A stretch of 64,000 nucleotides of DNA from Rhizodiscina lignyota (lineage: Eukaryota). The translations under genes and the position numbers were made by a program. Under the pieces are notes generated by a model. It was not told the origin of the DNA, made no database searches, and saw only the letters and a list, made by a program, of their open reading frames with translations. Where the stretch lies: contig ML978124.1 of the NCBI GenBank assembly GCA_010015805.1, forward strand, positions 310,001 through 374,000, written 5' to 3'. This document shows positions 1-11,073 of the stretch, piece by piece (positions within the stretch are counted from its first letter, which is position 1; every line of letters begins with the position of its first letter).

Positions 1-907
1 CATCGTCGGTCATCCGCAGGAGGCGTGAAGAAGTTTGATGCATTTTGCGCTGTCGTCTGTTGTCGTGGAGGGCGGGAAGGCCAGCAGCGAGATTGAGCTC
101 CTCGGCGATGGAGGCGGACTTGGAGGAGGCAGTGTCGGACTGCTTGACCACAAAGTCGTCCGAGTCGAAGGGCGACTCGCTGTTGAGGTTGAGTCGGTTG
201 AGGCTGCTTGTGATGGGCGCAGAGGATGCCTGTTTGTGCGATGGTTGCACAGCGGTCGGCTGGCACTGCGTCAGTGGCAGGCCCTCTACAGATCTGGAGT
301 GCACGCGGCCGCCGGGATTGTCGCGTGGTTTGTCGCCAGCAGCCGCTCCCGCCAATTCTGCAGTAGCACCGGAGGGCAATTGATCGGTGGACAGAGGGGT
401 GGAGTCGTCGTCGTTGTAGCTGTCGAAGTCGTGACGCTGCGGCACTCTCTTTTGAGAGGGCCGGGATGTGGAGCTCGGCCGGTGGGAGTTCGGCTGCGCA
501 GAAGCGGTTCGGCCAACCCACGAGGGCAGGCGCTTGGAGAGGCGGCGGCGGTCACTATTTTCGCGATGCAGCGAGTCGTTGGGCGGCGAGGCGGTGGATT
601 GGTTGTTGTTGGAGGTGGTGGTGGAGGTGGAAGGGGACGGGGCAGGAGACGGGGGCGTTGGCGGAAGGCGTCCGAAGGTGCTGGAGCTCGCTACTTCAGT
701 AGTGCCTTGATCGGCAGCGCGCTTATGTTTGACGGAGTCGGGAAAGCGGGCAGCACGCTCAACGCTAGCCTCGCCGCTGTTCTCGTCGGCAGCTGCTGGC
801 GAGTTGGAGGGCTGGGCGGCAGAATGGGTGCGAGCAACAGGCAGGTCGAAAGCGTGCTGCCTCTGCTGCTGCTGCTGACCGTCGAAGAGGTGCGGGTGGG
901 CCATCAT
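1..907 (-). CDS. flbA: RGS (regulator of G-protein signalling) developmental regulator FlbA/Sst2, N-terminal part; gene runs off the left edge
   Basis: Manual translation of the minus strand from ATG 907 gives an uninterrupted frame MMAHPHLFDGQQQQQ...RRQRKMHQTSSRLLRMTDD to the window edge. MHQTSSRLLRMTDD is the start of the conserved region of FlbA-type proteins. The upstream in-frame stop is near 1121 with no other ATG. Absent from the ORF track because there is no stop within the window. Confidence 0.85.
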   Translation of the reverse strand, partial: MMAHPHLFDGQQQQQRQHAFDLPVARTHSAAQPSNSPAAADENSGEASVERAARFPDSVKHKRAADQGTTEVASSSTFGRLPPTPPSPAPSPSTSTTTSNNNQSTASPPNDSLHRENSDRRRLSKRLPSWVGRTASAQPNSHRPSSTSRPSQKRVPQRHDFDSYNDDDSTPLSTDQLPSGATAELAGAAAGDKPRDNPGGRVHSRSVEGLPLTQCQPTAVQPSHKQASSAPITSSLNRLNLNSESPFDSDDFVVKQSDTASSKSASIAEELNLAAGLPALHDNRRQRKMHQTSSRLLRMTDD

Positions 908-3900
908 GTCATCGGATCTGGCTGGGTTGACGCTGCGCGTGAAACGGCTACGGGCGACCCCCGAATCGATGCTCGCTCCGCACGTTGCAGGCCTGTCGCT
1001 TGCGTGGAGCGGTGGGTGGACTGCTGCAGTGGGCGGCGTGTCAGAAGCTTGCGATGCAGAGCAAATCGCTGCAGCCGGGAGGCCGTGGTACTTGAGCGTC
1101 TTGCACCGTATTGTCTGCGTTTATTTGCTTCTCATCCTGACCCCATTCCGTTACCATGTCTGGCAGCCAGGAGATTTCCACGCGACGCCCAGCCGCAGCC
1201 ACGTTTTCTCGCTGACCAGGTGTGCGTGTGGAGCGCAGCGCGACGCAGGGGTGCCGGTACGGGCGTTGGCGTGATTACGGCGGCCATGGTGCACCTCCAA
1301 AAATTGGCCAGCTGCTGCCAATTTCCTGGCCAATTTGCGTGCGCTCTCACGCTCTACACTCTGCCTGCTGGCCGAGTCGCGTCCCCTTTGCGGCGTGACT
1401 CGCGGGGACGCTCTTGCTTCCTGGTGCCTAGTCTGGCTAGCAGCCTGCTGCTCCTGCCATGTGCGCGCGGTGGGAGGAATGCTGCGCACATGGCAAGCAC
1501 GCGAGCGCGGCCAATCAGCGCGCGCCGCCAGCCAGGAGAGTGGGCTGCAGAGGCGTGCCTTCCGCTTGCAGGCATTCGCTCGCTTGTCTCGCGCGCTCTC
1601 GCTTCAGCGCTGCGGGCGGCGAGTGGCCCTGGGCAGGTACGAAGCATCAGGAGATTTCGCAGATATCAGCTCCTGACCGCACCTCCACGCCCACAAAACA
1701 CTCCAGAGCGTGCTCCTAGCGGCCGATCGCACTGTTGCGAGTCCACCAGCGAGCTGCCTCCCATATCTCATCACCTCATCTGCAATCAAGTCAATGCGGA
1801 TCAGCATCACCGCGAGGACTTCTCGTCCGGCGGCATCGGTGTTTGCGAGTCTCCCATCTGCTGCATGCACATTTGCCCATATCATCTACAGTAGTGCATC
1901 TTCCTCTGCCCATCGTGCTCCATCCTGCAGCGGCTGTATCTTGCCTACAGCTGCACAGCGATGGATAATCTACATATTTCCCCAGACAAGATGCTCCTGG
2001 CCTCTGCGGCCACGAGAGCGGAACGGAATGCAAATGTTAGATTGGCCACGGCCAAAAATAAGCTTCGAATAACGCCTCGCATCCTTCACCAGCCTGCTCC
2101 CTGACTCTGCGACTCGCAGCTCGGCTTCGGCTCTGCCAACTTAAAGCCACGATATTCCCGCTGTCTGGGCCAGATTTGACCCATCCGGACATCACGCGAT
2201 GTTCGTGTGTCGATAGGAGCCTTTCCAGAAGGCATTGGGCAGGCGACGGGCAGGCAACCTTGCAGCTGCCACGCTTGTCCTACACAACCTGCCCCGAGCG
2301 TCTTTTCACACGTGGGCGCAGGGGCCACCGTGCAAGCCACGCAGCGCTGGGCCAAATCTCAACGGCCAGCGATACGGTGCCGCTCGATTCGACATCGTCG
2401 CTGCACCTCACTCCTCAGAACACCCATCTGACACCGCTGACCAACGCTCCCACTTTTCGCCTGACTCTCGTCTCTGCAGCAGGACCCGCTATGACATGAA
2501 ACCACATGTTTGGAGCCGCTGCGTCGGGCCCTCAATGCCCAGCGCTAACCTCCCGCTTGCCGGTCTTGTGCCGAGCAGAGCTACCCATTTCCCCAGGCAG
2601 TGAGAAGACCCTCTCGAGCGCGCACTGCGCTGCTGCATTCGTCGAAGTCGTGTCCCACCGAGCTCCGCACCGTCTGGCGGTTTTGGGCAACAGCGTCTTC
2701 ACGAAATGTCCCTCTCCCGACTGTCTGTTTCAGTCCATCCTCGAGGGTTTGCCCGAGGCGTGCATCCTTGGACGATGAAGATGAGTAGGATTCGGTAACG
2801 TACAATGAAAGAAGGACTTGCAGGGGAGCCCAGCATTTGCCCACGTTTTGACAGGGACGCAAGTTGTTGAGCGTCAAGATTTGGCTCTCTCCGCTACCAA
2901 AGATTGTGTCATTCCCTACAAGGGCACATCCTCGAAGCCCCGTATACAACCCCGGCCCACCTGTCTATTTGAGACTCTCCTACATCCTAATTGTCTATAT
3001 GGCCACGCCGCAGCGGCAAGACGTAACAAAATGCCTGTAATCATGACTCCATTTAATAAATATTGTAGGTGTAATATTCGCCCCCGTGATCTCGGCTGCG
3101 ATAGTCTCTTTCAGAACTGGATATCCTACGGTGAGTGGGTAGAAGTCTCTGCCTTACCATTCCCACGGACCGCGACTCCGCCATGCTTCGAAGATCAAAA
3201 GGCAATAGTTTGAAATGCTTAGCATATTTCGGGTCCGCTGCTGCTCGCTCTCGTTTCGGTCATCCGACGCAAAAATGTACACCGCGAACCTCCAACCTCG
3301 CAGATACACCTTTACCCAGTCGTGTCTCAATCACAGAGCGCCGGACTAAAGTCCAGATACAAGCTCAACTAATTGATTGGAACCCGAGATTGCCGCGAGA
3401 CGACTCAACTCCCCAGGAGTTCTTCGGCAGGGGGGCAAAGTTCGCCGCAAGTGGATGTTGAGAGGTTGTTGGCTCAGGTACCGACTGTCTGGCACCTCGC
3501 CTCAAATGCCGATGCTGCACTCGCTCGAGTCCGCGATCTCCGGGCGTCAACGTCTTTTCGTGGCGTCCATTGTGTCTCACCGCCTCTCTCTATCACGTCC
3601 GTCTCTGCTATCTCTCCGGCTGCCTCCTTCTCCAGAAGACGCTGAAGAGGACACCATGGAGAGGACGACGGCCGTGTGCAAACAAACCATAGACGTCACG
3701 CAGCGGCCCGTCAGCTCACAGCAGAACGCCCACATGCTGTTATTCTCCGCCATCGTTACACAGCATGCTTCCACGCCTTCCAGAGCCTGCCACGCTCCGG
3801 GCCCTGGAATGGCGCTTGTTGCGAGACATTCTGATCGCTCGCCAGACTGCATTGCCGTGCGGCTGCCACGTGTTGGTCCCGCGTTTTGCTTGACGCGCCT

Positions 3901-5608
3901 TTCCCTGTTTGATGCTTGTTTCAGCCGTCCTATGTATTGACTGCCAGCCTCCTCCCCGCCAAGGGGTGACTGCTCTCCAATCCGACATGTCGTGGCGCTG
4001 CATGCTGCGAGTCAGCCCTGAGCTTCTTCCATCTCCGCCGCCTCTGGGAGCGTGCAAAGGCTGGAATCTTCGCCGACAGTCAGCAAGATGGGGATCAGTC
4101 CGCGATATCGATCCTTTTGGGTGCGGCCGTTGTAGATCGCATATGTACTCCCTTGCTGCATCGTCCATGGGGGTCGCGCACGGCTGGGACATGCCGTTTC
4201 GAGCCTTCTCACGCCATGAGCATGACAAGACCCTGCTTGACTTTTTGTCTCTATGCGTTAATTGAGGCCGTTAACAGAGTACCTCGGCGGGAGCTTTGCC
4301 CATAGCTATATACTTCTGACTTGAAGCAGAAGGTACATTACACGACATTGCCGCGCTGCGGCATGCTATATGACCTGCACCAGTGTCCAACACGCCATGG
4401 TAGCAAAACCCTACTGTTTGCGCTGTGCGACGTTACCGACTCCAAGTCGTCCAATAAACTCCGCTAGTTCGACCGACATAGCACCTTATCCCCTCGCGTG
4501 GAGCGGTTCTAGAAAAAAAAAATTAAGGTCCGTCCCCCCATGCAAGCAGCCAACCTCACTATTTTTTCACCATCGATATCGCGAAACCCACTATCGACTT
4601 TTGCTGGTGCCCTAGCTGAGGCTAGCCCGCTCCGAAGCATCCTCAAGGGTCTACTCCGTATATCAAGCGTCTGCTTCCGAGCGGAATAACTGCGAGAGAA
4701 AACGTCGACCCGGCCTTCGAGCCGTTTCACAGCCCTGACGTAGATCGGTATGCAGCCCCCACCGACCCTCTCCGTCCTGTGACGGAAGGACGAGGCCCTA
4801 TTTCGTTCAACTCCGTGAAAGATGCGTAGCATGGATAGGCTCGAGGAAGGTTCGCTTTTCGGCCGGCGCTTACTGTCGGCCCAGACGAGACGTATATGGA
4901 TACGCACGAGGCTCAGGCATGCAGATTTTCGCTGCCTTATTTCCAACGTCGAGCGAGACGTGTCCAGTTCTCCGAGAAACGCTGCTGCCTACGTTGACCG
5001 GAGTTGACAACGAAGCACTGCGTACTGGAGACAGACTCTTCACATGCTACCGGACACTTTCAGATGTCAGTATCCTATGCCACCGGTCACCGTTTTCGGG
5101 CTCAGCTCGCGTGATCCCCGACGTCAGACCTTCCATCCTCTCTCGTTTTCGCCTCTCAGCAGTCGACGGCTAAGCAGCGGTGAAATGGAAGAGTCGGCAC
5201 CGTCGAGTAATACCATCAGAAGATTCCCAAGCAATCGTAAATGACGCGATTGCGTTTCAATAGCTTCAGATAAGTGCTTCGCTGGCAGGCGTCCACGTTT
5301 CCAAATTCCTCTGCTATTTAATCGTACCTTGCATCTGCCCTGCATTAGCAGCCATTCTCTGCGTATTTCGTATTTTAGTTCTTTTCGAGTCATAGAAACA
5401 CCTGTCCTCCTTCTATATCGGACGAGATGATGCACAATGACGCGCTGGTCGAGTACCTGAGCAGGATGCACGACTTATCAACGTCTCGGATCCCCGCGCA
5501 GAGACCCCACTCCTCATCTGGCTCCACATCGACGGAGAAGATCCCCTTGAAATCTTACCCAGCACAAAGCAGCTCCCACAAATCCCCCGAGCCGTCGCAA
5601 CCACAGCA

Positions 5609-6436
5609 ATGGACCGAGAAGCACTCGCGCAACTAGCAGCCACCGACATCCACGCCGCGCTCCCACCCGAAGATGCGGAAAAGGCTTTGTCCAGCCCACC
5701 ATTCATCCCCATCCCCTCCGCGCTCAACCTCCGCGACCTGGGCCTCGCCGCGCCCGCCACCATCAAACCCGGCCTCATCTTCCGCTCCGGCGCGCTGACA
5801 ACCTGGCCAGCCAGCAGCCGAGCGCTCCTCTTCTCGCAGTACGGGATCAAAACGATCTTCGACCTGCGGCACGAGCGCGAGCGCACGCGCATGCCCTCGC
5901 CCGAGATCGCAGGCATCGAGACGGTGTGGCTCCCACCAACCACCGCCCCCTCGCCCCTCACGCTGGAGAAGTTCGCCGCGAACGGCGGCGTGGACGGCTT
6001 CGCGGACATGTACGAGGAAGTGGCGACGATCTACGCGCCCGCGTTCGCCCGCGTGTTCGCGCACATCGTCGCCAGGCCGCGCGAGCCGTTGCTGTTCCAC
6101 TGCACGGCGGGCAAGGACCGCACCGGCACGCTCGCCGCGCTGATCGAGCGGCTGGCGGGCGCGGCGGACGACGTCGTTGCCGCGGACTACGCGCTGACGC
6201 GCATTGGGGTGGAGCCCGGGAGGGAGATGCTGACGGGGATATTGCAGAGCGCGTTTGGCGGCGTGGGGATCGAGACGCCGGGGTTTAAGGAACTGTCGAG
6301 CTGTGAGGGCGGGTATGTGCTTGCGTTTCTGCGCAGGGTGGAGGAGAGGTGGGGTGGGGTGGAGGGGTATTTGAAGGGGGTGCTTGGGTTGACGGGGGAG
6401 GAGGTGGAGATGGTGAAGAGGAATATTGCGGCGTAG
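5609..6436 (+). CDS. Tyrosine/dual-specificity phosphatase (Y_phosphatase3, LipA/IphP-like), single exon
   Basis: 275-aa ORF with NLRDLG, IFRSG, IFDLR, the P-loop HCTAGKDRTG and DYALT. Confidence 0.92.
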   Translation: MDREALAQLAATDIHAALPPEDAEKALSSPPFIPIPSALNLRDLGLAAPATIKPGLIFRSGALTTWPASSRALLFSQYGIKTIFDLRHERERTRMPSPEIAGIETVWLPPTTAPSPLTLEKFAANGGVDGFADMYEEVATIYAPAFARVFAHIVARPREPLLFHCTAGKDRTGTLAALIERLAGAADDVVAADYALTRIGVEPGREMLTGILQSAFGGVGIETPGFKELSSCEGGYVLAFLRRVEERWGGVEGYLKGVLGLTGEEVEMVKRNIAA

Positions 6437-7714
6437 CTAGGGGCGGTGTGTTTGCCGAGGAAATGATACCCTTTATGTTAGAATTGCTAAGTTTGTGTCA
6501 ATATCATTGACGAAGGTCACAACCATGTTGAAACGTGGGCGAGAAGTGCGTTTAGCACATGCAGAAGCATAGTCGACTCCGTGGCGAGTATCTGTTTGCT
6601 TCCGAGTTAGTTCTATCTCTGATCTCAGCCCCTCAGTAGCGAGCATCTGATTGTTTTCGGCGTCATTGTGTCTCTGGTCTCATCACTTCTCTGCAGGTTG
6701 CTATCTGCCTCTACTTTTCTTCCGTCGTCTGCCTCAGCAACAACAGCCCGAACGGGCTCGCAGCTTCATGATCCTTCATGTCTATCCCTCTTTTCCCCGT
6801 CCGCGAATGCACCTCGAGCTTTCGTTCGAATATCTCAGGAGCAAGAATCTCTGTCACTGTCGCAGCAGCTATTCCCATTCGAGTGGCGTTTGTGCCCATG
6901 TCTTCAGACCTTCTGCGCTGGCATGCGTGAGATACAGCATGTTTTCAAATGGGAACCAGAAGATCGACATTTGAATGGCACGGACGGCTCGGGCAGCATA
7001 AGTAATGACCACACGATCGGGATCGTCTCGTAGGGGCTTATAGAACTCTCCCTTCATGCGGCTCATGATATAGGCAATCTTATTAGCCTGCTCATCGCTA
7101 CCTTTAATGTTGATCACCTTATTAGTCATTGTGGGTACGAGTTCGCTGATGCGCTGTCCATCATATATAGTCGTATGTCCTCCAGATCAACATTTTTTAC
7201 AACAGTCGTTTTAGTCGGTGGCTCTTTTCGTGAAGTGACTTGGACCTCGATCCTTTGATATACTTTGTGATAGCCGTGGCGCTGTAGCTAAGGAAGGATC
7301 GTGGGTGATCATCTAGTTTGGGGTGTGCCGATCTTTAATGAGCATGTATTTGACTGTGCTTGGAATCTACACGCGTGTGAGTGTACTGCTTTCCGAGCGT
7401 GGAGTTCGACTGAGAGTAACCGTCTAAGCGCGGAGGTACGTTGAACTCAAGTCCTGGATACCTCATTGACAGAATTGTCACCATTCCAGTGGCACTGCTG
7501 TCTAAGCACTGCTTCAATGTCCGTGGACGTGAGAATTCGGCTCTCCGGAACAACCGTCGAGCTTGTATTCGACTATGCCTTGGGTCTGTACAAGCGCGAT
7601 GACACAGCTTTGCGAGCATTGAGTTTGACTTTCTACGACTGTCTGAGTCTTCAAGTACATAGATTTTCGGGCACCTGTTGCATTATCGGCGGAATTACTA
7701 CCATCGCAGATACA

Positions 7715-7970
7715 CGCGTGCCCGAGAGGTTGTCTGCCACACGCAAAACCGAGAATCGTCGCGGCCGCAAAGGTTGGCGAGCATCAATACGAGAAAGGCA
7801 GAAGCGAGAATTACCACAGTAGCGAACGTTGCCGAGCATCTCTTCGCGATCGACAGAAGCGAGAGTCACCGCCAATGCGAAGGTCCTCGAGCATCAATTC
7901 GCAAGAGGCAGAAGTGGGAATTATCACCGAAGCAAAGGTCGTCGAGTATCTATTCGCGATTCGACGGGAG
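7715..7970. repeat. Degenerate 55-bp tandem repeat (about 4.5 units)
   Basis: Units start at 7770 (aaggttggcgagcatcaatacgagaaaggcagaagcgagaattacc), 7825 (aacgttgccgagcatctcttcgcgatcgacagaagcgagagtcacc), 7880 (aaggtcctcgagcatcaattcgcaagaggcagaagtgggaattatc) and 7935 (aaggtcgtcgagtatctattcgcgat). A more decayed unit starts at 7715. Confidence 0.8.
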
Positions 7971-8159
7971 CTACTCAAGCACGAGAGCACACACTTAGAA
8001 ATTTCAATAAATTTGAATAAAATATGAGTCGTTCATTGTTCCACCCTACCAACGCCATGCTATGTAAATACAATAAAAACACAAACAAAAAGCAAACGCA
8101 GAAATCTAAAAAAGCATTTTAAAATACAAAAAGGAAAAAAAAAGAAAAGGAAAACCATC

Positions 8160-11073
8160 TCAGAAGCGCCCGCCCGCGCGCTTGTTCATCTCCTCAATTC
8201 TCTTGAACACCCCCGACGTGTCCTTGCCGACGAGGCGTGAAGGCCCCGGTCCCAATGCGGCGCCCAACGGCGTAACGGGCGTGTTACCGCCCGTTACGCC
8301 CTCCGCTGCGGCAGCGGAGGTGTTGATACGTCGCGCTGAGGCCGGAGCCCCCAGCGCCTCGACGACAGCCTTTGCTGCCGTGCGCAGTTGACCTGCCGGC
8401 GCCTTGCCAGCCCGCTGCAGCTCCGGGTTGGAGCGCATCACCAGCGCCAAGTTCAATATGAGGTCTGAGACCGTCTGCATGACCTGAAGTGTAAGCATCG
8501 GTTGAATATGCGCGGGAGCTCGGGGATGGAGAAGGGGACTTACGTTGAGGAGCTCGTTGGTCGGCTGTTGCAGGCCGACCGGGCTGCTTGCGTCGACATA
8601 CGAGAGTTGCTCTGTCAGCGCCTTGGCCGCATCCTCGGCCTCCTGCAGCTTCATGGTGGCGTTAGTGAACGCCGTTCTGGCCTCAGACGAGGCGTTGCGC
8701 TGTGCGCCTGAACTCATGTATTCGGACAGGCCGCGGCGGATGGTGTCGGTGCTGGACGAGACGGCGTCAAGGAGGTTGTGGAGCGCCATATGCAATTGCT
8801 CGTCTCGAGAACGCATCGCGGAAGGCGTGACAGATTGTGCACGAGCTTCTTCCTGGTAGTCTTCCTGCTCTTCCTCAGGCTCCTCTGGGATAGGTCCAGC
8901 GATAACTGTGCGGCCCATGAATGAGAATGTAACAGTTCCATCTGCACTCCCCCTAGCGAGAGATGCTAGGCCCTGTCCCACATGTGATGGGCCAGGTGGT
9001 AAAGCGGAGTGTCCGCCTGCGGGTACCATTCCACGTTCGATGAGTGCTTGGGTGAGCTCCCAGTCCACTACCTCATTGGCATGTACGATTTGATTGACAA
9101 TCCTCTCTGGCAAAATCTCTGCAACATCCAGCAGAAAGTCAACAATGACCCTGAAGTCTTGGCCAACCTGAGCATGTTCCTGTTCCATTGCGTCGACGAA
9201 CGGAGTACCATGTGGGATGTCTTCTTGCTGGGCCTCTTCGATTTCTGCAATAATGTCGCTCGTGACAGCGCGGATAGCGGCGAGCGTGTCTCGAACCTTT
9301 GCAGCGTCGTCTAAAACGTTGCTAAAGATGCCTGGATTTGATTCATTGGCATTGTTGAGAATTCCTCGAATGATATTAGCATATGAGTTGTAAGCGATAG
9401 CTTGTGCCTTGATCAGTCTGAGTTGTAGGCGGTTCTGCGTGTGGGTGTCTAGAGCGGGCCCTGGCCTTGGTCGACGTCGCTCGATTCGTGCGTGTACATC
9501 CAGTTCAATGGACCGAGGAGCATGGGAGGTGGCAGGCCGTACAATTGGCGTGCCTGGGTCGAGGGCTGATGAGGAAGATGGAGAATTCTCGAAAGTGCGT
9601 GGAGAAGGCCGCATCCTTGCAGTGGTGTTTGAAGACATCGAGAATGACGTGGACGGTCGCTCCGGCGACAACGTACCGGCAGGCTGCGTAGAAGTTTGAG
9701 GAAAGTCGAATGCAAAGGATGAAGAGGTCGCAGATGCAGGCTCAATTGGAGACGCTGCCAAATTCTGCGAAGCCGAAGTCGGCGTAGTGCTGGAGGTCAA
9801 AGAAGAAGCCGTGAAAGGGAGAGAAATTTTGCTTATATTGAGCGGTGGAGGCGCCAAGCCGGCTCGACGGCGTGTCGAGTCACGTTCGGTGGATAATGAG
9901 GTAGTTGCAATGGAGCTTAGGGAAAGTTTGGATGAAGAGGCAGTGGCGTAGGTATCCGCAGCAGGATCAACGCCCATTTCGTTCTCTCTTCCCTTCCGCC
10001 AGTTCTCGATGTCGACGAATTCGTCTTCTCTATTTTCAGATAACCAATCCAGCACACGCTTGGTGATGTCTTGGTCGCTGAGTCCTTGGTTCTCGGGAAT
10101 TCGCTTGTCCCAAACCAGCCTCGGTGGTTCTTCGAGAGGGTTATCCGCTATTTGCAACGTCTGAAGTTCAGGCAACTGAGCCAGGAAACCAGGCAGTCTC
10201 TTAAGCTCATTGTGTGCGATTGAGAATATTCGAAGCCTCTGGAGCAGCACGAGGCCCGTCGGTATTGCCGAAATGTGGTTGTTGCTGACGTCGAGGATGA
10301 CGAGCTTCGGGGGAAGGTACACAGGGCGAGGGATGTATTGCAAGTTGCATTGTTCAAGCTTGAGGTAGTACAGTTTTCGGCACTCGGCAAATCCTTTTGG
10401 GAGTGCTTGCTCGGCATTGAGATTGTTTCCAGACAGCTGAAGTCTGCAGGATGTTAGTCGTAGTCGTTGCATAGTAGAGAGTGCGCAGAAGAAATCTCAA
10501 GCCTTACCGTAACAAATTGGGACCTGTCTTGTGGACGATGGCAAGAGGAAGCCGTGTCAACCTCACGCCTGTTCTGCCAGCCGCCAGGTTGAGGTCCAAG
10601 CCGTCGTTCTTGAATTGTGCGAATGCCTTTGGGCGTGGCTGCACGCCAGTCGAGATCTTGTCGACATCGGTGGCGACAGCGTCGATGACATCCGCCTCGG
10701 CATCATCGTACGGCTCATCGTCGAAGTCCATCCCATCACGCTCGTCGCCCTTCTCATCTTGCGCGCTGGGCGCCGTGAACGTCTGAGGACTGCTTGGGCG
10801 TTAGCACGAGCTTACACTGGTCGTTCAGATAAAGTACACGCGACGTGCGTGCGCCCCCGGGGCCTGCATGGCGGCCCAGGGGGTAGATCTGACGAGGTTG
10901 ACCAATTGTTGCACTGGCCGTTGGACCCACTTCGCCCACAGCCCTAAGGAACCTCACCTCTTGTTCTTTGCCTCACGAATTGCTTCACTCGCCATCAGAA
11001 TAGCTGCTTCGCTGACTTCTTTGCCTCCACTGAAGTACCTACTTGTCGGCTTCATTAGCGAAGGGTTGTTCAT
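8160..11073 (-). CDS. Leucine-rich-repeat protein, divergent Sog2-like (RAM network component); 3 exons
   Basis: Exons 11073-10958, 10789-10508 and 10443-8160. Introns 10957-10790 (GTGAGG..GCTAAC..CAG) and 10507-10444 (GTAAGG..CTAAC..CAG) join in frame. N-terminal LRRs (LVILDVSNNHISAIP, LQTLQIADNPL), a Ser/Thr-rich linker, a helical C-terminal region and TPVTPLGAALGP, which resembles the Sog2 TPLSAALGP motif. The start codon is uncertain. Confidence 0.7.

Noticed and set aside
35..1894. 619-aa plus-strand ORF
   Set aside because: It is the antisense shadow of flbA in the same codon register (Gly/Val/Arg-rich mirror of a Pro/Ser/Thr-rich protein), extended through GC-rich promoter DNA. It has no domain and begins at a non-ATG codon.
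1900..5600. Many 60-190 aa ORFs upstream of flbA
   Set aside because: No motifs, no consistent splice structure, and overlapping on both strands. Best read as a long regulatory intergenic region.
6650..7620. Protein-like minus-strand fragments (e.g. 6869..7129)
   Set aside because: Interrupted by stops, with no recognisable family or credible gene model. Possibly a relic, but unsupported.
7770..7970. CRISPR-like array
   Set aside because: Eukaryotic context; the units are similar over their whole length, with no invariant repeat and unique spacer structure and no cas genes.
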